From positions 64,001 to 128,000 of the IMG/VR virus record IMGVR_UViG_3300020048_000024: a stretch of DNA of 64,000 nucleotides; one strand, given 5' to 3'. The notes below the pieces were generated by a model. It was not told where the DNA came from, made no database searches, and was given only the letters and a program-made list of their open reading frames with translations. Positions within the stretch are counted from its first letter, which is position 1, and every line of letters starts with the position of its first letter. Position numbers and translations under genes: made by a program. Source of the stretch: a virus. This document shows, piece after piece, positions 18,284 through 31,043 of the stretch.

Positions 18284-19531
18284 ATGAGTGATATTATCTC
18301 AGATAAGAAAAAGAAAAAAAATAATAAGTTTGACAAACTTATTGGCCCAACTGATCCCAAAGTAGAAGAAAAAGCTCGTGAGATGTTAATCATGGCACGA
18401 GTGAATTTGTTAATCAATCACGCATTTTTTGGAAACTTAGCCACTCGTCTTAAAATGGTTAATGCTGATGAGTGGTGTAGTACTGCGGCTACAGATGGGC
18501 GGCACTTTTATTACAATAGTCGATTTATCACAATGTTACGTCAGAAAGAAGTTGAATTTCTGTTCGGTCATGAAGTGCTTCATGTAGTTTATGATCATAT
18601 TGGCCGAATTGAGTATCGCGATCCTCAACTTTTTAACATTGCCAATGATTACGCGGTTAATGCCGATTTGCGTAGACATAAAATTGGTGAATTTATTACC
18701 ACTGTTCCTTGTTTGTATGAGGCAAAATATGATGGTAAAGTTAGTGAGTGGATCTACGATGATCTAATGAAAAATGTTCAACTAATTGATATGAATCAAC
18801 TTATTGATCAACTTATCGACGAACATCTAGACGCTGATGACGAAGGAGAAGACGGCAAGGGTCCAGCTAAAATGACAAAAGCTGAACGAGCCGAGCTACA
18901 TCAAGAAATTAAACAGAACATTATTAATGCTTCTCAAAGTGCAGGAGCAGGTGAATTACCAAACGGAGTAAAACGTTTATTAGATCAATACACTGACCCG
19001 ACTATGCCATGGCAGGAATTGATTCAGACTAACTTAACCTCTGCTATCAAGAATGATTATTCTTTTGCAAGACCCAATCGTCGTGGCTGGCACTTAGATG
19101 CTATCTTGCCAAGTATGACTCCCGGCGAAGAAATCGATGTATGTATTGCTCTTGATATGTCTGGTAGTATTACTACTAAAGTAGGAAATCAATTTGTAAG
19201 TGAAGTAGCTGGAATGATGGATATGTTTAGTGGATACAAGATTCATATTTTCTGTTTCGATACAAACGTATATGCTCAAGCCGATTTTGATAGTCAAGAT
19301 TTAGATAGTATTGATGACTATGAACCAAAAGGCGGAGGCGGTACGGACTTCGATTGTATTTTTGATCACTTGAAAGATCGAGGTGAAATTGTAAATCGTC
19401 TAATCGTGTTTACTGACGGATACCCTAATGGAAGTTGGGGAGATTCAGAGTTATGTGATACTACTTGGATCATTCATGGAAATAAAAGTATTATTCCTCC
19501 ATGGGGAACATGGGCATACTTTGATGAATAA
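18284..19531 (+). CDS. HExxH metallopeptidase-like domain fused to vWA domain (MoxR partner)
   Basis: TAATDG, HEVLH; MIDAS DMSGS, GGGTD, FTDG. Confidence 0.85.
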   Translation: MSDIISDKKKKKNNKFDKLIGPTDPKVEEKAREMLIMARVNLLINHAFFGNLATRLKMVNADEWCSTAATDGRHFYYNSRFITMLRQKEVEFLFGHEVLHVVYDHIGRIEYRDPQLFNIANDYAVNADLRRHKIGEFITTVPCLYEAKYDGKVSEWIYDDLMKNVQLIDMNQLIDQLIDEHLDADDEGEDGKGPAKMTKAERAELHQEIKQNIINASQSAGAGELPNGVKRLLDQYTDPTMPWQELIQTNLTSAIKNDYSFARPNRRGWHLDAILPSMTPGEEIDVCIALDMSGSITTKVGNQFVSEVAGMMDMFSGYKIHIFCFDTNVYAQADFDSQDLDSIDDYEPKGGGGTDFDCIFDHLKDRGEIVNRLIVFTDGYPNGSWGDSELCDTTWIIHGNKSIIPPWGTWAYFDE

Positions 19532-19553
19532 ATTTGCTTAAATAAAAATAATT

Positions 19554-19611
19554 CTCTCCTTTGAATTAGTCATAAATATTTTGTGATGTTACTAACTAAT
19601 TCATAGGAGAG
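19554..19611 (+). promoter_or_regulatory. RBS-sequestering hairpin with late promoter in its loop
   Basis: CTCTCCT-T-TGAATTAGT pairs with ACTAATTCA-T-AGGAGAG; ATAAATA near 19572. Confidence 0.75.
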
Positions 19612-19615
19612 TATA

Positions 19616-20380
19616 ATGAGCAAATTTATTAAACATGTGGGAAAAATCGCTGACCGTAAAGTGGCAGTAGTATTTCGTGAGATTCCCGGTGAAGAGCATA
19701 TGTGTCTAGTGGTTTATACCGAGACATTGAATCAAAATATTCACGATCCACTTATCATGTGTATCGAGAGTGAACCTGCACAGCGAATGGACAACTTAGC
19801 TGATGCGTTGAACAAAAACTATACAAGAGACGGCAAAATCTTATTGCAAGTTTTGCATCATGAAGGCATGATGAAGAAAGTTCAATGTAGTCAAGTGTTG
19901 ATGACTCCAGCACCAAATCAAGCTATTAAATTAAACGAACTTAATAGCATCATGAACGAAATGAGCAAGGGTGAAGATGCAGTTAAGCGTTTGGCTGAAT
20001 TAGATGCTAGTCGTGGTCTTCAAGATCCAAAAGATATTGCTCGTAGAATGCGTGAAAATCAAGAACGTGAAGTTGCTGCTAGAAACAAAGTGTCAACATC
20101 AGTAGACGGTGTAATTGGTGACAATGATTTGGCTCGTCAACGTTTAGCACAAGCAGACAAAATGGCAGCAGAGGCTCGTGGTTTATTGGCTGAAAGTGAA
20201 AGACTAACTCAAGAAGCCTACGGAATGGATAGTAGCTTGAATCCAGTCAAGGCAAAAACAAAAAAGACAGTAACTAAAACTTCGAAAAAAGCGGCAGATC
20301 CATTATCAGTATCTCAGATTTTGGCAGAACAAGCTCCTAAAAAAGCTGGTCGCCCACGCAAGGCAACCGTAACAGGATAA
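19616..20380 (+). CDS. Hypothetical phage protein with basic tail
   Basis: Long ORF with AGGAG RBS. Confidence 0.8.
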   Translation: MSKFIKHVGKIADRKVAVVFREIPGEEHMCLVVYTETLNQNIHDPLIMCIESEPAQRMDNLADALNKNYTRDGKILLQVLHHEGMMKKVQCSQVLMTPAPNQAIKLNELNSIMNEMSKGEDAVKRLAELDASRGLQDPKDIARRMRENQEREVAARNKVSTSVDGVIGDNDLARQRLAQADKMAAEARGLLAESERLTQEAYGMDSSLNPVKAKTKKTVTKTSKKAADPLSVSQILAEQAPKKAGRPRKATVTG

Positions 20381-20384
20381 TGCA

Positions 20385-20684
20385 ATGACTCCTGAGCTTT
20401 TAGCTAAGTGGGAACACATAATCGACGGGGTCGAAAAGACTAAAATACCCGTCGAATTCATCGAAAAGCTCATTCTTAAATTGGACGGTCGCAGACAGAA
20501 AACAATTAATATCAAGAAATTGTTTAGTCAGGGACTAGAAAGCGATGAGATTGAAATGGCAATCGTTCGTAAGTTAGATGAACATGACGAAGAAATGGTC
20601 GGCATCGAATTCGTATTAGACATTGAAGGAATTGCCGACATTGTACAGCCAGAAATTGATGATCTTTTAAAATCGGTCAAATAG
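20385..20684 (+). CDS. Hypothetical protein
   Basis: ORF in operon. Confidence 0.75.
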   Translation: MTPELLAKWEHIIDGVEKTKIPVEFIEKLILKLDGRRQKTINIKKLFSQGLESDEIEMAIVRKLDEHDEEMVGIEFVLDIEGIADIVQPEIDDLLKSVK

Positions 20685-20736
20685 AATTTGACAAGACATT
20701 GTAATAATGTCATAATAGCGTTTTAGAGAACATTCA

Positions 20737-21411
20737 ATGAAAGTTAAATTAATTAGTTATTCGCAACCAAGTCAAGAAGTCTTAGAAGAAGGTTTAAAAG
20801 ACGCTCAGGACTTGGTTGCATTTTGTGCGCGAGTTTCAAATCCAAGTAATCAAATGAACACTGAGACTAGTGAGAAGTTGATTAAGTATCTGATCAAACA
20901 TAAACACTGGAGTCCAATGGAAATGGTGTCTGTATGTTTAGAAATAGAAACTACTAGAGATATTGGTCGTCAATTATTACGTCATAGATCATTTTCATTT
21001 CAAGAATTTTCACAACGATACGCAGATCCAACAAAGGATTTGAGTTTTGTCGTTCGTGAAGCTAGACTTCAAGATACAAAGAATCGTCAAAACAGTGTTG
21101 CTTTAGATATGGCAAACGACGATCAACGTCGAATTGCCTATCAATGGGAACAAGGTCAGCTAAATTTGATTAAGCAATCACAAGATTTATATGCTTGGGC
21201 AATTTCCAAGGGTATTGCAAAAGAACAGGCACGAGCAGTGTTACCCGAGGGTCTGACAATGAGTAGATTATACGTCAATGGGCCACTACGTAGCTGGATT
21301 CATTACATTGATGTTAGAGCAGATGAAAGTACTCAACTTGAGCATCGTGAGATTGCACTTGAATGTGCTAGAGTGATTGCTAAAGTATTTCCATTAATAT
21401 CGGATCTTTAA
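20737..21411 (+). CDS. thyX: Flavin-dependent thymidylate synthase
   Basis: RHRSFSFQEFSQRY ThyX motif, H.SP.E, EQAR.VLP. Confidence 0.95.
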   Translation: MKVKLISYSQPSQEVLEEGLKDAQDLVAFCARVSNPSNQMNTETSEKLIKYLIKHKHWSPMEMVSVCLEIETTRDIGRQLLRHRSFSFQEFSQRYADPTKDLSFVVREARLQDTKNRQNSVALDMANDDQRRIAYQWEQGQLNLIKQSQDLYAWAISKGIAKEQARAVLPEGLTMSRLYVNGPLRSWIHYIDVRADESTQLEHREIALECARVIAKVFPLISDL

Positions 21412-21764
21412 TGTCTAATATGCCACTATCATTTATGCATCTAATGCTTAGAGAGTCAATGTCTCGGGAAAGACGAATCAAACCTACTTCATTTAGGCGA
21501 GTCGATGATCATGTAATCGAAGAGTCTGACATGCTAGTTCATGAGTTTACAGTAGATAATATGGAATCGAATCAGATGTTTATCGCACATTCGAACTTAG
21601 ATACTTGGCTAAAGACTGATGAAGGACAATGGATACTAGATAATTGTGTAGAGGCGCCCTATATTGTGTGGTACAAAAATGCAATATACGGTGATTGTAC
21701 ATATCGTATAATTGCTAGACTAGTAGCTCAACATCAAACTTATTTTTTATTGAAATATAAATGA
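21411..21764 (+). CDS. Hypothetical protein, distant member of the LRW-tail family
   Basis: Ends TYFLLKYK; paralogous to the next ORF. Confidence 0.65.
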   Translation: MSNMPLSFMHLMLRESMSRERRIKPTSFRRVDDHVIEESDMLVHEFTVDNMESNQMFIAHSNLDTWLKTDEGQWILDNCVEAPYIVWYKNAIYGDCTYRIIARLVAQHQTYFLLKYK

Positions 21765-22111
21765 AAAATATTAATCAAATTCGTAATGACTATCAGCGTA
21801 CTAGTAACTATGATTTTCACGATTATTCAACTGAGTATAAAATAGTCGAAGATGAAGTAAAGAAAATTACTTCAATTTCGGTATTTAAATTTGAAATTAA
21901 TATATATGATGATCAGATAGGAATTGGGCATAATAATTCAAAATTTCAAGATTGGCTTGAGACAGACGAAGCCATCTGGCTTATGAGCCATAGAATAGAA
22001 GATCCAAAATTTATGAGATATGTGAATCACGAAACATACGCTGACATGATAGAAGTCATAGTTAAATTATACGAAGAACACTCAGTGTATTATGCACTGA
22101 AATGGAGATAA
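21761..22111 (+). CDS. Hypothetical protein, LRW-tail family
   Basis: Ends VYYALKWR; shares WL.TDE..W with the previous ORF. Confidence 0.65.
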   Translation: MKNINQIRNDYQRTSNYDFHDYSTEYKIVEDEVKKITSISVFKFEINIYDDQIGIGHNNSKFQDWLETDEAIWLMSHRIEDPKFMRYVNHETYADMIEVIVKLYEEHSVYYALKWR

Positions 22112-22112
22112 A

Positions 22113-23093
22113 ATGAGAATATTAGTAACAGGCGGGTGTGGATTAATTGGTCATAATGTCGTTCAACGACTAGAAGAACAAGGGCATGATGTTAGAATCA
22201 TCGACAATCAAACTGACTACGGAATTATACCAGCAGATGAACTTAAGTATGTCATGGCTGAGCGTATCAAAAAGATCAGTCATAAAACTCAAATTCATAA
22301 AATTGACATTGAAAGTAAATTTACTGGAAATGTATTTGAGATGTTTCTTCCTGAAATCGTGATTCATCTTGCTTCTTTCCCTAGACAGAAAGTAGTCAAT
22401 GCAAATCCACGACGTGGTGCTCAAGTAATGTGCGAGGGCTTGATCAATTTATTAGAACTGTCAGCCAAATTTGAAGTGTCAAAATTCGTATATATTAGCA
22501 GCAGCATGGTATACGGAGACTTTGAAGATGATGTTCGTGAAGATGCTATTTGTACTCCTCAGGGTCAGTACGGCATTATGAAATTAGCAGGCGAGATGTT
22601 AGTTCGTGATTACAGTCGTAAACATGAATCGCTTACTCACACTATACTCAGACCCAGTGCTGTATATGGAGAACTAGATATTGAAGACAGAGTTATCAGT
22701 AAGTTTATTCTGACTGCTATGAGAAACAATACCATTATGGTTCATGGTGCAAATACCACGTTAGATTTTACTTATGTAGATGATGCAGCAGACGGTATTG
22801 TTTCGGCTACGTTCAGTGATGTAACTAAGAATAAAACCTACAATATTACAAAAAGTCATGGTGTAAAATTAGTTGATGCTGCCAAAATGACAATTGATAT
22901 GGTAACAACTGGACAAATACAAATCGGTCCAAGAGACTTAGATTTTCCGATTCGTGGAGCACTTAATGTAGATGCGGCTCGTCAAGATTTTGGATTTAAT
23001 CCAAAGATCGGAGTACAAGAAGGTTTTTATCGATACTATGAATGGCTTAGAAATAGTCCATTTTGGCAAAAAAAGATCAAACTTTCTAAATAA
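22113..23093 (+). CDS. NAD-dependent epimerase/dehydratase
   Basis: TGGCGLIG, SSSMVYG, YGIMK (YxxxK), DFTYVDD. Confidence 0.9.
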   Translation: MRILVTGGCGLIGHNVVQRLEEQGHDVRIIDNQTDYGIIPADELKYVMAERIKKISHKTQIHKIDIESKFTGNVFEMFLPEIVIHLASFPRQKVVNANPRRGAQVMCEGLINLLELSAKFEVSKFVYISSSMVYGDFEDDVREDAICTPQGQYGIMKLAGEMLVRDYSRKHESLTHTILRPSAVYGELDIEDRVISKFILTAMRNNTIMVHGANTTLDFTYVDDAADGIVSATFSDVTKNKTYNITKSHGVKLVDAAKMTIDMVTTGQIQIGPRDLDFPIRGALNVDAARQDFGFNPKIGVQEGFYRYYEWLRNSPFWQKKIKLSK

Positions 23094-23098
23094 TATCA

Positions 23099-23128
23099 AA
23101 AATGACTTAATTTATTTAAGTCATTTTT
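23099..23128 (+). terminator. Intrinsic terminator
   Basis: AAAATGACTTAA...TTAAGTCATTTTT. Confidence 0.6.
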
Positions 23129-23158
23129 ATTATCGTCTCTAAAAGATAAATACTAACT

Positions 23159-23551
23159 ATGAGACTATTTGAATTCGATGAATCATCCACTAAAATACCC
23201 AAACTTAATGAGTTTGTAAAATGGGTGTGCGAGAAGATAGATGCAAAAGATTGCCCGACTATTAAATACGGCACTAACTTAAATAAAGTAAAACAACTTA
23301 GAACTTTTGGCAGTACCACTAGTAATGGTGATATTTGGGTTCACATTGAAAATAGAAATTTAGCTGACATTATGAGAACATTGTGTCACGAAATTATACA
23401 TTTTAAGCAATTTGGAGCAGGCACTGCCAGCGATGATATGAATGATAAACAACGTCAACGAATAGAAGATGAAGCCAATGCTTATGCCGGTCGATTAATG
23501 AGAGATTACGGCAAAATTCATAAAGACATATACGAAAATATTGATAAGTAA
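23159..23551 (+). CDS. HExxH zinc metallopeptidase-like protein with MRLFEF leader
   Basis: TLCHEIIH...EDEANAYA; ATAAATA 6 nt upstream of the ATG. Confidence 0.65.
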   Translation: MRLFEFDESSTKIPKLNEFVKWVCEKIDAKDCPTIKYGTNLNKVKQLRTFGSTTSNGDIWVHIENRNLADIMRTLCHEIIHFKQFGAGTASDDMNDKQRQRIEDEANAYAGRLMRDYGKIHKDIYENIDK

Positions 23552-23567
23552 TTAAGGAACACATATC

Positions 23568-25814
<2,247 letters not shown>

Positions 25815-25888
25815 CTTTATCAACTAAAGTATCTTAATCTATTTTAAAATAGATTAAGATAAATACTCTATTGATTAGGATATATAAA

Positions 25889-28636
25889 ATGTCAGACATT
25901 AAAAAATTCATGGATATAGTAACTGAAACGTCGGCTGGTGCAACTTCCAGTGGTTCAGTAGCTACCGTATCTCAGCCTATGATGGCTACAGAACGTAGAG
26001 TAAATCCTAGTATCTATGCTAATCAAGATTCAAAGCCAACAAAAATGGATGATCATTGCCCAGAGTGCAAATGTAATCCATGTGAATGTCACGAAGAAAG
26101 TAGAAAAGCGCCAACAGCACCAAAAGCAAAAGAATTTGGTTTATGGCAAAATAGTGTATTAGCTGGAAAAGCACAAAAAGATAAAAAAAAATCTAAAGCA
26201 ACTAATGAATCAGTTAAAATTTTAAAAACTACTAAAACTCCTACCGGTAAGCAAGTACAAGGAAATTACGGTCTAGATTATCAACCAGAAGAAAAACTAG
26301 ATATGTACGGGCACTCAATGAGAGGAAGTCCAAAGTTACATTCTCTCAGAATCCCTGACAATAAATATCCCGGACAAGGACCTGGACGTCCTGAAAATAT
26401 TAGCTCAACTGATGCATTTGACGTTTTAAAAAGAGATCCATTTGGTCGTGACAGCAATATGACAGAAGATGATCTAGAAGAAGATTGGGAAGGCATTAAG
26501 AATGCTGGTAAAAAAGCAATCGGGGCTGGAGCAATAGGATTAGCAGCATTGGGTGGAGGAGCTCAAGCACAGACCGCGCCAGCTAATACAGGCACTAATG
26601 CTACTATAGTAAAAAGTTTAGTAAATCCAGTGGCGCAACAAAGATTTGCAAAATTACACTCAGATACTACGGCTCAATTGAAAGATCCAAAATATACTCA
26701 CAATCCAGATGCATTAGCACAACATGAGAATTATCCTAAAGAACGACATAGTCAATATATACAAAATGTTAAAAACATAGAGCAGTGGCAAAACCCCTAT
26801 CAAATTATTAGTATTGCTCTGAACAAAGCAGGATTGACTCCGCAGGAAGTTTTACAAAATTTACCTAAAGGATACAAACTCCCATCAACAGAACCTAAAT
26901 CTGAGCCAGTGAGAATTCCGGGTGATCCAGGATACAAAGCACCTGTAAACGAATTTAAAAAACCTTCAAAAAAAATTAATGAGCGTGATTTTGGTCATGG
27001 ACAACGTAAATTAAAATTAGCAGAAGTAGATAAAGACAATAAGAAAAGCATAGGCCCAGATAAGAATGATCCTTTCGAGAAAGGTTGGCGTGCTAGATAC
27101 AATGATGATAATCCATACACTAAAGGTACTAAAGAATACAAAGAGTGGCAACACGGTAAAGATGAGCGTGAAGCACAGCCTAATCACTATGACGAAAGCA
27201 TAAATGAAGCAACAGGCGATGAAAAATTTGATAATATGATGGGTGGAATAGTACAGGGAGTTAAAAAACCTAGTATTGGCTCACGCTTAATGGCTCCATT
27301 TAAAAGAATGAAAGATCGTGGACAAGTTGCTGCTCAGTCGAGATTTTATAAGCAAATGATTGACAAGTATCATAATTTGGCTAGTGATTCAATGAATTCA
27401 ACAACTGATTATGAGTTCGATGATGAGCGTAGATTCCCTCATGAAGACCAGTTTTCAAAGTATATGTCAATAGCTCGATACTTTGAAATGTTACGTGGAG
27501 ATATGAAATTACACGCTCCATTTATACAGAATATAAGAAAAAATAATCCAGAACTAGCTAAGTATCAACCTTTAAATGCAGGTAAGAATTCAGACTTATA
27601 TGCAGAACCTGCATTGCCTAAATGGGTGCCGGCACATAATTCAATTATAGATATTGAACATCGTCCAGTGAAAATTACTCATACCGGTAAATATGAACGT
27701 CATCTTGGAGTTGAATGGATTAGTGCATACGGACAAAAACACTACGAAGAATTTTTAATTGAAGACCTCGAAAATCTACAAGACTTTTTGATTCAAGTTG
27801 AAGATGAAATTAATTTCAATGATGAACGAGAAGGAAGAGAAGGTTATGGTAGAGACTTAGATGAAGCCGCTAACTCTGCCCAACAAGCTGCTATTGCTAT
27901 TGCTAAAAAAAAGAAAGGTGTAACTAAGCAAGTAGATGAAATAGATATGAGTATCGTTGGTGACGCACTTGCTGGTGCTTCCTTAGGACTTGGTGCTGTT
28001 GGTGTAGGTAGTTACATTGGTCACAAAATTGGAAATAAAATTGGACAAAAATTTGTAGATCGTGCTAACAGAAAAGAAGCTGAACGTCAAGCAAAATATG
28101 ATAAAGAACAATTTGGCGGACCTCGTGACATTGATATGGATGATTGGGATGATGACGAAGACATTGAAGAAGGTAAAACTGGTCCTGGATTATGGACAAA
28201 TATACATAAAAAACAAAATCGCATAAAGAATGGTAGCGGTGAACATATGCGTAAACCAGGAAGCAAGGGTGCTCCTACTTCGGCTAACTTTAAAGCAGCG
28301 TCCAATACTGAAAGCGTGGCGGAAGCAGTAGAAGATCATACTAAAATCAAAGTTTCTAAAATATCATCTAAATATCCAGGAACAAATATCTTAACTGGGA
28401 GTAGTACAGTTCGTGTTGGAAGAAAGGGAAAAACTCCAATTGGAACATTTCCAACTTTTGAAATAGATGGACACAGATATATAACTCTTGCTGACGCAAA
28501 TAAAATAGAAAGAGCGTTGAAACAAGATGTGGCAGAAGACTCAAATACAAAAGTTACAAAAACGCCTAACGATATTCGTGCAATAAATAAAGCTTTCGTA
28601 AAACAAATTTCAGCACAGAAAAAGAGTAAAAGATAA
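25889..28636 (+). CDS. Large low-complexity putative capsid-internal polyprotein
   Basis: Late box upstream; about 12 internal (L/I/V)-x-E sites separating unrelated modules. Confidence 0.55.
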   Translation: MSDIKKFMDIVTETSAGATSSGSVATVSQPMMATERRVNPSIYANQDSKPTKMDDHCPECKCNPCECHEESRKAPTAPKAKEFGLWQNSVLAGKAQKDKKKSKATNESVKILKTTKTPTGKQVQGNYGLDYQPEEKLDMYGHSMRGSPKLHSLRIPDNKYPGQGPGRPENISSTDAFDVLKRDPFGRDSNMTEDDLEEDWEGIKNAGKKAIGAGAIGLAALGGGAQAQTAPANTGTNATIVKSLVNPVAQQRFAKLHSDTTAQLKDPKYTHNPDALAQHENYPKERHSQYIQNVKNIEQWQNPYQIISIALNKAGLTPQEVLQNLPKGYKLPSTEPKSEPVRIPGDPGYKAPVNEFKKPSKKINERDFGHGQRKLKLAEVDKDNKKSIGPDKNDPFEKGWRARYNDDNPYTKGTKEYKEWQHGKDEREAQPNHYDESINEATGDEKFDNMMGGIVQGVKKPSIGSRLMAPFKRMKDRGQVAAQSRFYKQMIDKYHNLASDSMNSTTDYEFDDERRFPHEDQFSKYMSIARYFEMLRGDMKLHAPFIQNIRKNNPELAKYQPLNAGKNSDLYAEPALPKWVPAHNSIIDIEHRPVKITHTGKYERHLGVEWISAYGQKHYEEFLIEDLENLQDFLIQVEDEINFNDEREGREGYGRDLDEAANSAQQAAIAIAKKKKGVTKQVDEIDMSIVGDALAGASLGLGAVGVGSYIGHKIGNKIGQKFVDRANRKEAERQAKYDKEQFGGPRDIDMDDWDDDEDIEEGKTGPGLWTNIHKKQNRIKNGSGEHMRKPGSKGAPTSANFKAASNTESVAEAVEDHTKIKVSKISSKYPGTNILTGSSTVRVGRKGKTPIGTFPTFEIDGHRYITLADANKIERALKQDVAEDSNTKVTKTPNDIRAINKAFVKQISAQKKSKR

Positions 28637-28637
28637 T

Positions 28638-29990
28638 ATGAAAATGTCCGAAATCATCAATGATGATATTATTTCTAAAGATAAACGAAAATCAAGTGAA
28701 TGGGTAAAACCACGAACTGCACCTATAGCACGAGACTATTTCGGAAATAAATCTACACAACAAAAACCAATTGATCGTGAAGTTCAAAAGAAATCCAGAC
28801 AAAAAGAATGGTTTGAAGAAGGACAAGAAACATCCACTAATATTCATCAAATACTGTTCAATATTTTGAAAAGTGGTGATGCTGATGAATTGAGTAATTT
28901 CTTAAGAACTCACAGTGAGTTATCCAATGATCCTGCATTTAAAACAGCACAGAAGATACTAAAGACATGGAAAGAAATAAGTTCTGATGTTTCAAATTAT
29001 AAATCTGGCAGACAAAATTATCAAATTACAGACGAAGAGTCATTAGACAATACACTTAACATGACCGCATTCGAAGATACAGCTCCCTTAGATAGTAAGT
29101 ATACGGTATGTTCTAAGGGCAGCAATCAGCCTACACTACTGTATCATACTAAGCATGAAGCAGAAGAAGCTTCTAGCAAAATTCCTGGCTCTACAGTTAG
29201 ACTAGTAGTACCAAAAACAAAAACTGGACAAATGGGAGAGGGTAGCATGAAAGCTGCTACTCGTAAACCACAAGGATCAAAATTCGGTGGCTACTATAAG
29301 GGAACTCAAAAGGGTGCTCCAAAACCAAATCAAAGTTTTGGAAGCACTGATGAAAGCATAGAATTAGATGAGTTCGCTCCAAGCAAGGGTTATCCGGGTT
29401 ATGTTAACTCATCTGATACTGACGGCAGCCCTCCTACAGCACCACCTGCTCCACCCGCACCACCCACTACCTCTTCAAGACGAGGGCGTGACGATGACGA
29501 TGATGGTGAATTTTTTCTAGACTTAGACAGTGTCGGAGGAGTAGGCGGTCGCGACAAAAACGGTAAACACAAAGTCTATACTAAGTATCAGTTTAGCATC
29601 TATCAACAAGCAACACCAGTTGGCAAGCATCACAATGATGATTTAATTCCAGTTGGTGATTATCCTTCTGGTGACTATTTTTTTGTAAAAGAAGTGGGTC
29701 ATTGTGAATTGGACGAATCTAAAGGAAATAGTCTGAAAGGTTATGTATTTGTTCAAGGTCAAGGTAGAAAGTTTTTTAATTATGACATGAGCGACAATTC
29801 TAACCCAATGGTTAGACAAGCACAAGACAAAATTGAAGATAGTCAAAAAGACTTAAAGGAAGTTGCTCCTCCAGGAAAAGAGAAATTGGTTAGAAAACTG
29901 AAAAAAGAATATCCAGGACATCCAGAAAAAGCATTTGCCACTGCATGGGCAATAAAAAATAAAACAGTAAATAACAAAGGTAAAAAATAA
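28638..29990 (+). CDS. Putative capsid-internal protein (MKMSEII leader)
   Basis: Leader motif; internal ELDE, LKE and MGE sites. Confidence 0.55.
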   Translation: MKMSEIINDDIISKDKRKSSEWVKPRTAPIARDYFGNKSTQQKPIDREVQKKSRQKEWFEEGQETSTNIHQILFNILKSGDADELSNFLRTHSELSNDPAFKTAQKILKTWKEISSDVSNYKSGRQNYQITDEESLDNTLNMTAFEDTAPLDSKYTVCSKGSNQPTLLYHTKHEAEEASSKIPGSTVRLVVPKTKTGQMGEGSMKAATRKPQGSKFGGYYKGTQKGAPKPNQSFGSTDESIELDEFAPSKGYPGYVNSSDTDGSPPTAPPAPPAPPTTSSRRGRDDDDDGEFFLDLDSVGGVGGRDKNGKHKVYTKYQFSIYQQATPVGKHHNDDLIPVGDYPSGDYFFVKEVGHCELDESKGNSLKGYVFVQGQGRKFFNYDMSDNSNPMVRQAQDKIEDSQKDLKEVAPPGKEKLVRKLKKEYPGHPEKAFATAWAIKNKTVNNKGKK

Positions 29991-30430
29991 TGTTAGCAGA
30001 TAATTTAAAAATACTATTAGGTAGTACATATGGTCTTTATTTTAAGACTACTGGGTTTCATTGGAACGTGGAAGGAACTGATTTCCCACAGTATCACGAT
30101 TTTTTAAACGAATACTACGGTGAGATTTATGGATCGGCTGATACAATTGCTGAGTATATTCGTAGTCTGGATTCTTATGCACCGGGAAGTATGTCACGAA
30201 TGACAGAGTTAAGCGTTATTCAAGATCAGCCTAAGATTCCACGAGCAGAATTGATGTTCGTTGAATTACTACAAGACACAGAAACGTTAATTCAATTGGT
30301 ACAAACAATATTTGATGAAGCTACAGCCGAAAGACAGCAAGGTATAGCCAATTTCATGGCCGATTTGCAAGATTTGTACAGTAAAAAGCGTTGGATGCTC
30401 AGATCAATACTTAAAAAAGAACGCGGATGA
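29990..30430 (+). CDS. dps: Dps/ferritin-like DNA-protection protein
   Basis: HWNVEG..F..YH..L...Y, D.IAE, WML. Confidence 0.9.
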   Translation: MLADNLKILLGSTYGLYFKTTGFHWNVEGTDFPQYHDFLNEYYGEIYGSADTIAEYIRSLDSYAPGSMSRMTELSVIQDQPKIPRAELMFVELLQDTETLIQLVQTIFDEATAERQQGIANFMADLQDLYSKKRWMLRSILKKERG

Positions 30431-30696
30431 AAATTTCCGAATTACTAAACGAAAGAATTAATGAGAATATGGATCATAGTAAAGATGATCAAGCGGTCCC
30501 ACAATTAAAGGCTGCATTATTGGCTCAAAAGAAAAAGATTCAATCTGTTAAAGATGACGAAGATGCCGTTTATGACATTATTGATGGCATGATGACTAGT
30601 ATTGCCAAAGCTCACAGCATTAGTGGTCAAAAACTACACGATATGTGGACCAAAACGTACAAAGAAATACCTGATACTTGGATCATGCATCAGTAA
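30427..30696 (+). CDS. Hypothetical protein with MKISELLNE leader
   Basis: Leader motif; ATGA coupling. Confidence 0.7.
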   Translation: MKISELLNERINENMDHSKDDQAVPQLKAALLAQKKKIQSVKDDEDAVYDIIDGMMTSIAKAHSISGQKLHDMWTKTYKEIPDTWIMHQ

Positions 30697-30764
30697 TCTT
30701 ACCAATATATATTGACATTTAGCACAACTCCTGTATAATAAGTATTATCTCAAAAGGAGTAACA

Positions 30765-31043
30765 ATGTCAGACACACAAGAACACGATCAAACAATGTTT
30801 ACGAATGATCAAAAACTTAAACTTAACCAATTAATCAATGAGGGCATGCAAATCATGAACGAAGTTGAAACTCTCAATGGTGGTTTAGCCGATACAATTA
30901 AGGCAATGGCAGAAGAAATGAACATCAAAGCCACTGTTCTGAAAAAAGCAATTAAAATTGCTCATAAAATGGAATTCGGTCAAACACAACGAGATCACGA
31001 ATTACTCGAAAATATTCTGACTACTGTAGGAAAGACTCTTTAA
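30765..31043 (+). CDS. Small helical dsDNA-binding protein (T4 DsbA/GapR-like)
   Basis: Size, helical pattern (LKKAIKIAHK) and position before the polymerase. Confidence 0.5.
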   Translation: MSDTQEHDQTMFTNDQKLKLNQLINEGMQIMNEVETLNGGLADTIKAMAEEMNIKATVLKKAIKIAHKMEFGQTQRDHELLENILTTVGKTL

